Below are positions 1 to 8,220 of a stretch of DNA of 24,792 bases, piece by piece. The position numbers were made by a program, and so were the translations under genes. Each line of letters opens with the position of its first letter. The first letter of the stretch is position 1. Below the pieces are notes generated by a model. That model was not told where the DNA came from and searched no databases. It worked only from the letters and a program-made list of their open reading frames with translations. Source of the stretch: a virus (lineage: Duplodnaviria > Heunggongvirae > Uroviricota > Caudoviricetes); IMG/VR virus record IMGVR_UViG_3300023371_000083; one strand, given 5' to 3'.

Positions 1-372
1 GATTTTATTAAAGTATATAGTCAGGCTGTTGATAATAAAGGGTTTATGAATCTTGTAAAAGAAGCCTGTATTGAAACAATGCCGGTAAAAGAAATGATGC
101 AAGCGAAACCTAAAATGACATTCAAAAAAGGTCAATATGTTACAGCAGCCGATCCATCTTGCTGTGATATTATTATTGGCATTGTAGATGCGGACAAAGA
201 AGTGGAAGGCGATACAGAAAATATTGCTGTTCGCATTTTGAAACACCGCAAAAAAGAATTTGCACCATATTATAGTGTTTGGGTACAGGCAATTTGTTGT
301 GGTGAACCCAGATTGAGAATTATTACAGATGAAGAAGCAAAAACAATCCTTAAAAAATATTCTAAGGAGTGA
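1..372 (+). CDS. Hypothetical protein, probably 5'-truncated by the window edge; KOW/SH3-like segment (TFKKGQYV...)
   Basis: Frame is open from base 1 (DFIKVYSQAVDNKGF) into the ATG at 46, and there is no strong RBS before 46. Confidence 0.7.
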   Translation, partial: DFIKVYSQAVDNKGFMNLVKEACIETMPVKEMMQAKPKMTFKKGQYVTAADPSCCDIIIGIVDADKEVEGDTENIAVRILKHRKKEFAPYYSVWVQAICCGEPRLRIITDEEAKTILKKYSKE

Positions 373-377
373 TATTT

Positions 378-839
378 ATGAGTCTGTATTTTATTGCAAA
401 AAGCAAAAATAAAATCGGATATACAGTAGATTGGTTGAAGGTTACATATATAGAAAACAAAAAAACATATGAATTAACATTAGATTTGCAAGGATGGATT
501 GATTATTCAGAAAACAAATTAGATTGCCGATGCAAATGTGATTTAATTCCTTGGACTTTATATGATTGCGAAACTGGAAATGAGGAAGACTTATATGGAA
601 TTAGCCCAAGAGAAAGTATTGCCAGATTTCCAGATAAAAAAATTGCAGAAATTATTTGTGCTGGAACAAATCATAAAATTGGTATCTATCCAATGTGTCC
701 ATATGATGTAGAAGAAGAAAAATATTTTGCACTTGCAAAAGAAGATGAATTATATGAGCATTATGGTTTTTTTGGCATAACAGAAGATGATGTTATTTAT
801 GAGAAAGAATTTATATTTGAAACGGAGTTGAACTATTAA
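378..839 (+). CDS. Hypothetical protein (153 aa)
   Basis: AAGGAG at 364-369, ATG at 378; start moved from the track's GTG at 369. Confidence 0.8.
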   Translation: MSLYFIAKSKNKIGYTVDWLKVTYIENKKTYELTLDLQGWIDYSENKLDCRCKCDLIPWTLYDCETGNEEDLYGISPRESIARFPDKKIAEIICAGTNHKIGIYPMCPYDVEEEKYFALAKEDELYEHYGFFGITEDDVIYEKEFIFETELNY

Positions 840-1103
840 ATGGCAAACTTAAAAGAATATACAAATAAATTTTTTACAGATGGTGAAAGTTTATATGTCA
901 AAACAGATGGTGCATATTGTGGCAATTCTGTTTATGGTTGGACAATTGACCTGAATGCAGATAATGATATTTACAATAAAATTTGTGAATTTGAATTATA
1001 CCCCACAGAACTTCTTGATCATTATACTGAAGTAGCAGAATGCGAATTTAATGCAGCGGTAATTGCAATTTTGGATGCAATGAAAACAGATTTTTTATCT
1101 TAA
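840..1103 (+). CDS. Hypothetical protein (87 aa)
   Basis: ATG directly after the previous TAA; GGAG at 824-827; acidic composition like its neighbours. Confidence 0.75.
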   Translation: MANLKEYTNKFFTDGESLYVKTDGAYCGNSVYGWTIDLNADNDIYNKICEFELYPTELLDHYTEVAECEFNAAVIAILDAMKTDFLS

Positions 1104-1124
1104 TTATGAAGGGAGAATAAAATT

Positions 1125-2231
1125 ATGAAAATTGTTGGTGTTGGTAAGCGTTTTGAAATTTATGAAGATGACTTAAAAACATATGATACACTTCCTGCAA
1201 ATATTTACACAGTTCGTTTCAATAAAATGACTGGTTTTTATCTGGAACAGCATTCTGATTTTGAAATCAAAGAAGAAAAAGTGTACGGTGTACATACGGA
1301 AAAAGTCGAAAAAGTGCTGAAATCTTTTGGGAAATTCAATCGAAATCTTGGCGTTATTTTAAGCGGTCACAAAGGCATTGGCAAATCTCTGTTTGCAAAA
1401 ATGTTGGGCATTGAAGCGGTAAAAAAAGAACTGCCAGTTGTAATTGTTGATTCCTATATTCCTGGTATCGCAGCATATATTGAGTCTATCGAGCAGGAAA
1501 TTATGGTTCTGTTTGATGAATTTGATAAAACATTCTGTAGTAAAAAAACAGATGATGCAAATGATCCACAGGCTAGTATGCTGAGCCTGTTTGATGGTAC
1601 ATCTCAGGGTAAAAAATTATATGTAATTACATGCAATAACATTAATAAGCTGAATGATTATCTGATTAATCGTCCCGGCAGATTCCATTATCATATGAGA
1701 TTTGATTTCCCTACTTCTGCAGAAGTAACAGAATATCTGACAGATAATTTGGACAAGCAGTATCATGATGAAATTCAGAATGTAGTGAATTTCGCCAGAA
1801 AGGTAAATCTGAATTATGATTGCCTGAGAGCAGTCGCTTTCGAATTGAATGAAGGTGGCAAATTCAAAGATATTATTAAAGATCTGAATATCATTAATAT
1901 GAATCCAGAAACATATGACATTTCCCTCCATTTTGCAACTGGTCTGGTTCTGAAAACACATGGTTGTAATATTGATTTCTTTGATAGCACACAGCATTAT
2001 TCTTTCTGGATGACAGGTAGTGCATATGACTGGGTTTGTCAGATTGGTTTTACAGTTAAAGACTGTGTATTTGATGAAGTTAATGATATGTTTATTGTAA
2101 AAAATGGCGATTTTGAAATTAATTATGATGATAGTGAATATGAAGCGAAAGCAAAAGAATTGAGAGAGGCGAACCCTACTTTTATCAGCATTCAGAAACG
2201 CAAAGATAAAAAATATCATTACACCGTATAA
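1125..2231 (+). CDS. AAA+ family ATPase (single AAA domain with N- and C-terminal extensions)
   Basis: Walker A GHKGIGKS, Walker B VLFDEFDK, sensor-1 ITCNN, arginine-finger motif LINRPGRF; GGGAG RBS. Confidence 0.92.
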   Translation: MKIVGVGKRFEIYEDDLKTYDTLPANIYTVRFNKMTGFYLEQHSDFEIKEEKVYGVHTEKVEKVLKSFGKFNRNLGVILSGHKGIGKSLFAKMLGIEAVKKELPVVIVDSYIPGIAAYIESIEQEIMVLFDEFDKTFCSKKTDDANDPQASMLSLFDGTSQGKKLYVITCNNINKLNDYLINRPGRFHYHMRFDFPTSAEVTEYLTDNLDKQYHDEIQNVVNFARKVNLNYDCLRAVAFELNEGGKFKDIIKDLNIINMNPETYDISLHFATGLVLKTHGCNIDFFDSTQHYSFWMTGSAYDWVCQIGFTVKDCVFDEVNDMFIVKNGDFEINYDDSEYEAKAKELREANPTFISIQKRKDKKYHYTV

Positions 2232-2249
2232 TTGAAAGGCAGTGTTTAT

Positions 2250-2516
2250 ATGAGATATGTTATGAATTCTATGGAATATGAAGTTGTAGATAAAATTTTG
2301 ACAGAATCTCATTTAGATGAAATCATCTGGATTCAGCAAAGGGAAACGGATAATGGTCTTGAAGATTACTGTTATGATGTCGAGGAAAATACAGATATTA
2401 CACTGAAAGAAGGCTTAGAAATCATTTATGATGCTGTCATTTTTGATGAGATGCAGGAGCAAGACATTTTTGTGTTTAAAACTTTATTAAAAAAATTAGG
2501 AATTAAGGTGTTTTAA
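2250..2516 (+). CDS. Hypothetical acidic protein (88 aa)
   Basis: GAAAGG at 2234-2239 and ATG at 2250 preferred over TTG at 2232. Confidence 0.75.
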   Translation: MRYVMNSMEYEVVDKILTESHLDEIIWIQQRETDNGLEDYCYDVEENTDITLKEGLEIIYDAVIFDEMQEQDIFVFKTLLKKLGIKVF

Positions 2517-2528
2517 GGGGGTATTAAA

Positions 2529-2909
2529 ATGGCTAATAATTACACAAACGAAGAATTTCAGAAGACAATTTTAATGATTGTAAATTCTGATAAAGATGGT
2601 GGCTTTACAAGTAAAGAACTGCATGAAATGTTTGGTACAGCCAAATCTAAAACCAAAATTTTAAGCATGAAGCCAGATAAAATCATGGAAACAGTCAAGA
2701 AACATAAATGGAAATTTATTAAAGTTGGAGATGTGGTTGAGCATATTACAGAAGGCTGGATTGGTGTTTGCACAAAGATTGCAGATGATACAAGCATTTT
2801 TGTTTTATCTGCAAACGGAATTGCAAGAAGAGCGTTCAAACAAAACTGTAAAGTTGTTGGGTATATGGATATTAGTGAATTTTTATCTAGTATCAAAAGA
2901 AGTGATTGA
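2529..2909 (+). CDS. Hypothetical protein with a C-terminal KOW/SH3-like segment (FIKVGDVV...)
   Basis: AAGGGGG RBS, ATG at 2529; KVGDxV motif followed by beta-strand-like pattern. Confidence 0.8.
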   Translation: MANNYTNEEFQKTILMIVNSDKDGGFTSKELHEMFGTAKSKTKILSMKPDKIMETVKKHKWKFIKVGDVVEHITEGWIGVCTKIADDTSIFVLSANGIARRAFKQNCKVVGYMDISEFLSSIKRSD

Positions 2910-2922
2910 CATATGAAAAATT

Positions 2923-2951
2923 TTGAAAAATATATTCAATTGAAATATATT
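2923..2951 (+). promoter_or_regulatory. Putative sigmaA-type promoter TTGAAA-N17-TATATT
   Basis: -35-like hexamer at 2923-2928 and -10-like hexamer at 2946-2951 with a 17-nt spacer, in the largest non-coding gap of the window. AT richness makes a chance match possible. Confidence 0.4.
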
Positions 2952-2954
2952 TTT
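2926..2954. repeat. Near-perfect inverted repeat AAAAATATATTCAA/TTGAAATATATTTTT (operator-like)
   Basis: The reverse complement of the right arm (AAAAATATATTTCAA) matches the left arm with a single-base gap; it overlaps the putative promoter. Confidence 0.6.
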
Positions 2955-3132
2955 TTATAAAAAACTAAAATAAAAAATATTGTTAAGGAGTGGTGTCGTT
3001 GGAGTAAAACGAAATCTGAAGATGCAAATGAAAATGAGGAACGAAAAACAAAATCATTATTTTTTATATGTATTAGCAAAAAAAATAATGTGTAACGAAA
3101 CCAACATGATAAAAAGAAAAGGAGAATGAATT

Positions 3133-5520
3133 ATGGTAAAAAAATACTGGATTTGTACTGAAGTCCCCACAACAGAAGAGCTGGTATTCACAAAAGATAA
3201 AGCATATCTGGCTGTGAATTTTGCTGATGGCATGATTAAAGTAGTGGATGATGAAGGTGTAGTATTCAATGATTACAAAGATTGCGTAATGACGGAATTA
3301 ACAAATATGGGTTATAAATTTGCAGAAGTTGTAATTCCTGATCATATTGGATATTTTAGGGCGACTGCTGCATCTGAAAAATTCCAGTTAAATAAAGTAT
3401 ATGAAATTAATACAGAAAAAATTGATGTAAATGCAGATCATCCTCTGATGAATGTTGTTACAGATGTAACTCTGTTAAATGAAAATTTTGATTTTTCTAC
3501 AAAAACAGAATTCCTGGAATATATCTCTGCACATTTTAATTCTGATATCACAAAAATTACACCAGCGGATATTGCTGTAATGTGTAATGTTGCAATGAAT
3601 GTCAGATTTGTAAATGGTGATTTTGCTGCATTTCACAACGACACATTGGTAACAGATGACATGGATATCCCTGAATTTACACCTGTTTTTGCAACAAATG
3701 AGGAAATTGCAAATATTAAAAGAGAAATGATTGAATGTTATACAAAATTTAGTCATCCTTGGAAAAATACAGGTGTAGATAAAGAACTTACAAAATGGAA
3801 TATTAATAAGGCGACGCTTCGTGCTATGTTCAAATCCTCTCCTCATTATAATGGAAATCAGCAGTTGGTTTTTAGTGATGAGCATTATAGATTAAATACA
3901 AATAAAAATGCTGGTGCAGATTTTATCAATTGGGTAAATTCTGTATTTGATTCTAATGCATTGCTGGAACCTAAAAGAGTACTTGGTTATACATATGATG
4001 AACTGGCTACAGTAAAAGCATATTACCAGGCTACAATGCCCAAAGTTAAACCCATGATTCAGGGTAATAATTTGTATCTGATGAATTATGAACTGATGAA
4101 AAAGAAACGTGAAGAAATCGACAAAATTGATTACATCATGGAAACATTCCTTGATGAACGCAACACACCAGAATCTATTAAAAAACAGAAAGATTATAAA
4201 CAGCTGATCCGTATTATTATGGATATGAAAGACGAATATATTGATGATGATATTGCAACAAAAGTCAATCATTATCTGCCTGATGTGAGAGCCAGAAAAG
4301 GTCAGAAAGCAACAAAAATCACAGGTAAAATTATGCGTCATTTCGGCATTGACAAATGCACAGATTATAATAAAAAGTTTGCAAAATATGCAGATGCAAT
4401 TAACATTATCAAAATTGTAAGACATACAGTTATTTCTATTCACCCTATGGATTATCTGACAATGAGTTTTGGTAATTCTTGGAGTTCCTGTCACACCATT
4501 GATAAGGACAATATCAGAAATGGTGGCGGAAATGGTTATCATGGTGCATATTGTTCCGGTACACTGTCTTATATGATGGATTCTGCATCTATTATTGTAT
4601 ATACCGTAGACAGAGAATATGAAGGCAATACATTCTATGAAAAAGATAAAATCAATCGTTGCATGTTCCATATTGGCAAAGAAAAAATTGTACAGGGAAG
4701 ATGTTATCCACAGGCAGAAGATTCTAACGATGAACTGTATAAACAGCTGAGAGCATTGGTTCATAGAACATTTGCAGAAATTTGGGGTATTCCTAATCTG
4801 TGGGTACTGAAAACATCTGGTCTGAGAGATTATATTACAAATAGCGGTACACATTATCCTGATTATTATCATTCCTCCAAATGTAATATCAGTACTTATA
4901 AATTTGCAAAAAATAAACAGGAAGTTGTACATATTGGTGTAAAACCTGTTTGTACATGTTGTGGCAGAGAACATGGTAGATCCGATCATCTGCATTGTTG
5001 TAGAGGTGAACATATTAAAGATGATACAACAGCAACAGATTATACAACAGATGATGTTGAAGCAGAGCCAGAGGCGCAGTATGTATATTGTGAATGCTGC
5101 GATGAAGTTGTAGAAAGGGCGGATGCACATTTAATTGATGGCGAATGGTACTGCGATGATTGTTGTTTCTACTGTAACTATCATGAATGCTATGAAGAAA
5201 GTGATGGCGAAATTTATGTAACTGGACTTGGTTATGTTTGTGATTCTGCTCTCGATAGTGGTTATGTAGATTATTGTGAATGTTGTGGTACATATTATCG
5301 TACAGATGTACTGGTATGGATTGATGGAGAAGATCGTTATGTATGTGACGACTGTTGTTCCAGATATTATACTAGAGATTATTATACAGATGAATATGTT
5401 CACAATGATGATATTAGAATGTGTTGCGTTTGTGACGCACATGTTTATTATGAAGATGGTGAAACAAATGAAAACGGAGAATTTATTTGTAATCACTGCC
5501 TTGAGGCTGAAGAAGATTAA
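3133..5520 (+). CDS. Large phage-type protein (795 aa): central domain with SIHPMDYLTMS...SWSSCH / SYMMD / RCMFH / QGRCYP motifs and C-terminal Cys-rich (CxxC) repeats
   Basis: Long ORF with AGGAGA RBS; the motifs and repeats are visible in the translation; function not established. Confidence 0.85.
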   Translation: MVKKYWICTEVPTTEELVFTKDKAYLAVNFADGMIKVVDDEGVVFNDYKDCVMTELTNMGYKFAEVVIPDHIGYFRATAASEKFQLNKVYEINTEKIDVNADHPLMNVVTDVTLLNENFDFSTKTEFLEYISAHFNSDITKITPADIAVMCNVAMNVRFVNGDFAAFHNDTLVTDDMDIPEFTPVFATNEEIANIKREMIECYTKFSHPWKNTGVDKELTKWNINKATLRAMFKSSPHYNGNQQLVFSDEHYRLNTNKNAGADFINWVNSVFDSNALLEPKRVLGYTYDELATVKAYYQATMPKVKPMIQGNNLYLMNYELMKKKREEIDKIDYIMETFLDERNTPESIKKQKDYKQLIRIIMDMKDEYIDDDIATKVNHYLPDVRARKGQKATKITGKIMRHFGIDKCTDYNKKFAKYADAINIIKIVRHTVISIHPMDYLTMSFGNSWSSCHTIDKDNIRNGGGNGYHGAYCSGTLSYMMDSASIIVYTVDREYEGNTFYEKDKINRCMFHIGKEKIVQGRCYPQAEDSNDELYKQLRALVHRTFAEIWGIPNLWVLKTSGLRDYITNSGTHYPDYYHSSKCNISTYKFAKNKQEVVHIGVKPVCTCCGREHGRSDHLHCCRGEHIKDDTTATDYTTDDVEAEPEAQYVYCECCDEVVERADAHLIDGEWYCDDCCFYCNYHECYEESDGEIYVTGLGYVCDSALDSGYVDYCECCGTYYRTDVLVWIDGEDRYVCDDCCSRYYTRDYYTDEYVHNDDIRMCCVCDAHVYYEDGETNENGEFICNHCLEAEED
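5080..5499 (+). repeat. Protein-level Cys-rich repeats (YCECC...YCDDCC; YCECC...YVCDDCC; MCCVC...ICNHC, plus degenerate units), probably Zn-binding
   Basis: Repeated aromatic-CxxC...CxxC units in the translation of 3133..5520. Confidence 0.75.
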
Positions 5521-5529
5521 GAATATATT
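5501..5529 (+). promoter_or_regulatory. Putative promoter TTGAGG-N17-TATATT upstream of the peptidase
   Basis: Same -10 hexamer and spacing as at 2923-2951, followed by a similar downstream AT-rich motif. Confidence 0.3.
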
Positions 5530-5580
5530 TTTTAATTATATTTAAACTAAAAAATATTGTTATATTTGGAGGGATACATT

Positions 5581-6663
5581 ATGAAAAATACATCTATGGA
5601 TAGAAAAACAACAAGAAAAATTAATAAATTCAAAAGAATCTGCCAGCAGGAACAGATGGAGCTGAAAGATAATTTGGTAAATATTCTGAAATCTCAGGGT
5701 TATAAAAACCCTGTGGTTGCAGATGGTTTTGTTTATGCAAAAGGTGAAGTACCAGTTCTGCTTCTGGCACATATGGATACGGTACACAAATCTCTGCCAT
5801 TTATTATCTCTGTAAAAAATACAGGAAATGGTACGAAACTTTCTTCTCCTCTGGGGATTGGTGGTGATGACCGTTGTGGCATCTTTATGATTTTGGAAAT
5901 TATTAAAGATCTGAAATGTTCTGTTTTGTTTACAGAAGACGAAGAAACAGGTGGCATTGGTGCAAGAAAATTCACAGAAACATCTTATATTAACGATCTG
6001 AATGTAAACTACATGATTGAGTTTGATAGAAAAGGTAATAACGATGCTGTTTTCTATAGTTGTGATAATAAAAAATTCACAGAATTTGTAACAAAAGAAT
6101 TTTTTAAAACCAATTGGGGTAGTTTCTCTGATATTTCTGTAGTTGCTCCAGCAGCAGGTATTGCGGCTGTAAACCTGTCTTGTGGTTATTATAAAGCACA
6201 CACACTTGATGAATATGTCATTTTTGAAGAAATGATGAAAGTTGTTGAAGAAGCAAAGAAAATGATTCAGAGAGATGTAGAAGAACCTTTTAAATATGAA
6301 AAGAAAACATACAGCTATTATGGTTATGGGAGATATTTGGATTATGGCTTTGATGTATTTGATGACTATGATTTCGGCTACAGCGGAAGACTTGGTCGTG
6401 GAAGATATGATTATACAGTGAAAAGAAATGCTTCCGGCACAACAACAAAAGAAAATGAGCAGAAAATGAAAAGATGGTATGTAGAATTTTTCTCTTGTGA
6501 ACAGTATCAGTTTGATGTTGTTGAGGGATATACAATTGCAGATGCATGGTATGAATTTTGCATGATGTACCCCGATGTATGTTATGACGATCTCATTGAA
6601 ATTTATGATGCAGATGAAGTGGAAAGACCTATTGAATATGAAGTAAGACTGGAAAAGATGTGA
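5581..6663 (+). CDS. M28/M20-clan (aminopeptidase-like) zinc metallopeptidase, phage type, with a Tyr/Gly/Asp-rich linker and small C-terminal domain
   Basis: Metal-ligand motifs LAHMDTVH, GGDDRCG, FTEDEETG, IEFDRKG, NLSCGYYKAHT; GGAGGG RBS supports ATG at 5581. Confidence 0.88.
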   Translation: MKNTSMDRKTTRKINKFKRICQQEQMELKDNLVNILKSQGYKNPVVADGFVYAKGEVPVLLLAHMDTVHKSLPFIISVKNTGNGTKLSSPLGIGGDDRCGIFMILEIIKDLKCSVLFTEDEETGGIGARKFTETSYINDLNVNYMIEFDRKGNNDAVFYSCDNKKFTEFVTKEFFKTNWGSFSDISVVAPAAGIAAVNLSCGYYKAHTLDEYVIFEEMMKVVEEAKKMIQRDVEEPFKYEKKTYSYYGYGRYLDYGFDVFDDYDFGYSGRLGRGRYDYTVKRNASGTTTKENEQKMKRWYVEFFSCEQYQFDVVEGYTIADAWYEFCMMYPDVCYDDLIEIYDADEVERPIEYEVRLEKM

Positions 6664-6676
6664 GGAGGGACAAATT

Positions 6677-7252
6677 ATGTATAAATTGTTTGCAGAAGGT
6701 GAAACAGTTTTTCAGTATGATGACTTTTCTGTGCCATACGAAGTAATTAGAGAAAGTATTGGACACGTCACAATTAACAGCAAAATAAAAAAAGGCTTAG
6801 CAAGAAATATCTATAAACATGATCTTTGCTACATTGCCAAATTATATAAAAAAGGTCTCGGCGTTAATTATTTTCAAATGTTTACTGTAAAAAATCAGAA
6901 ATATTTGTTACATAGTAAAACACTGTATCGAATTGATAAAAATTGTGTGACAGATGTAGGTTTTAATGCTCCAAAAGAAATTTTGGATGCATTAGCTGGA
7001 AAAGAAAAAATTGTATTAGGAGAAGAATATGCAGCAGAACCGATGACAGGTATGTTGGTTCGTGGATTAGACAATCCTTATTCTATTACAAATTACAATA
7101 TGTATGTTGGTAGAATTGAACTCATTAATGATCACACTGTCAATATTCGTATTCTTGATCATGAGTCAAAATACAATATTGGTGATTGTCATACAGTTGA
7201 ATGGAAATCTTTTGGGAGACCAAATTTTGAAGTACTTGAATTGAGGTGGTGA
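6677..7252 (+). CDS. Hypothetical protein (191 aa)
   Basis: GAGGAGGG RBS, ATG at 6677. Confidence 0.8.
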   Translation: MYKLFAEGETVFQYDDFSVPYEVIRESIGHVTINSKIKKGLARNIYKHDLCYIAKLYKKGLGVNYFQMFTVKNQKYLLHSKTLYRIDKNCVTDVGFNAPKEILDALAGKEKIVLGEEYAAEPMTGMLVRGLDNPYSITNYNMYVGRIELINDHTVNIRILDHESKYNIGDCHTVEWKSFGRPNFEVLELRW

Positions 7253-7253
7253 T

Positions 7254-7766
7254 ATGAAATGGAATCTTGTTGTTGGTGATGGTTGTTTTTTTGAATCTGG
7301 TGGGAAAAAGAGATATATAACAAAAATTCTAATCGATTCTTATGTTTTAGATGATAAAACAATGGCGTTTAAAGAAAATGTTTTAAGCACAGGTGCTTAT
7401 TTCTCTAAAATGCTGAAAATTCCAATGTTTAGAAAATTTGTAATTCCTAATATTCCAACAGTTTATGTAATTGATTGTGATGGTATTAAAGAATTATATA
7501 AAGGCAAAGAAATTGATGTCACAAATTCTTTAATGAATACCGTATTAAAAGATGTACTTTTAGAAAAAGTAAAGGTTTCCGTTGGAGAACAGATTGAACC
7601 ACCAGAAATTAAAAAATTAAGACGTACTATCAGAAAAGCAGCAAATATTTACGCAAATTATTCTTTTATAAATTCTAATATTTCAAATTTTACAATTAAT
7701 CATGTAATAAATGGAGATATTAGAATGTCTAATTCACTTTATGCACCAATGGATTTATGGGGGTGA
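7254..7766 (+). CDS. Hypothetical protein (170 aa)
   Basis: GAGGTG RBS overlapping the upstream gene end; coupled start. Confidence 0.8.
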   Translation: MKWNLVVGDGCFFESGGKKRYITKILIDSYVLDDKTMAFKENVLSTGAYFSKMLKIPMFRKFVIPNIPTVYVIDCDGIKELYKGKEIDVTNSLMNTVLKDVLLEKVKVSVGEQIEPPEIKKLRRTIRKAANIYANYSFINSNISNFTINHVINGDIRMSNSLYAPMDLWG

Positions 7767-7770
7767 TGAT

Positions 7771-8208
7771 ATGAGTAATAGTAAACTCAGAATTGTAAAA
7801 GTAATGCCAAATAAAAAACCGGAGGTTTGTGAAATTGAACGTGGATTAAAAGATTTACAGGAAATTGTTGATGGTACAATTCAGTGTATTTATCCCTTTG
7901 ATGATGATGTAGGTCTTGTATGCAATGATGACGGTAAACTACTTGGTTTAGCTTACAATAGGGCATTATTTTACGATTGGGATAAAACAGAAATGTATAA
8001 AGAAGTTGACGGGAAACAATATGTTCCTATTGATGATATTTACGACGCTATTGTTGGAACATTTTTTATCTGTAGAACACCGGCAGATAGTGATAAATTT
8101 GAAAGTCTTACAGATGAACAGGTGAATAAGTATTTAACGCTTTTCGCAAGAAAAGAAACGCTTGCAAAAGATATGTTTACAAACCAGTTGTTTATTGTTA
8201 GAGAATGA
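7771..8208 (+). CDS. DUF3846-like protein
   Basis: Pattern P-E-V-x-E-I...LQEIVDGTIQ...LVCNDDGKL-GL-YNR...IVGTFFI...SLTDEQ resembles DUF3846; GGGGGTG RBS supports ATG at 7771. Confidence 0.8.
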   Translation: MSNSKLRIVKVMPNKKPEVCEIERGLKDLQEIVDGTIQCIYPFDDDVGLVCNDDGKLLGLAYNRALFYDWDKTEMYKEVDGKQYVPIDDIYDAIVGTFFICRTPADSDKFESLTDEQVNKYLTLFARKETLAKDMFTNQLFIVRE

Positions 8209-8220
8209 GGTGATTAATTC

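Noticed and set aside
2906-2936. Perfect TTGACA at 2906-2911 as a -35 element
   Set aside because: The nearest -10-like TATATT (2931-2936) is 19 nt away, which is too long; the 2923/2946 pair fits better.
2913-3130. Short ORFs in the 2910-3132 gap (e.g. MKNFEKYIQLKYIFL from 2913; MQMKMRNEKQ...)
   Set aside because: Very short, with weak or misplaced RBS, and overlapping the putative promoter/operator; not supportable.
6677-7766. Possible distant paralogy between the 191-aa and 170-aa hypothetical proteins
   Set aside because: Only scattered similarity (YxID...K-x-x-L/VGEE/Q) by eye; not enough without a profile alignment.
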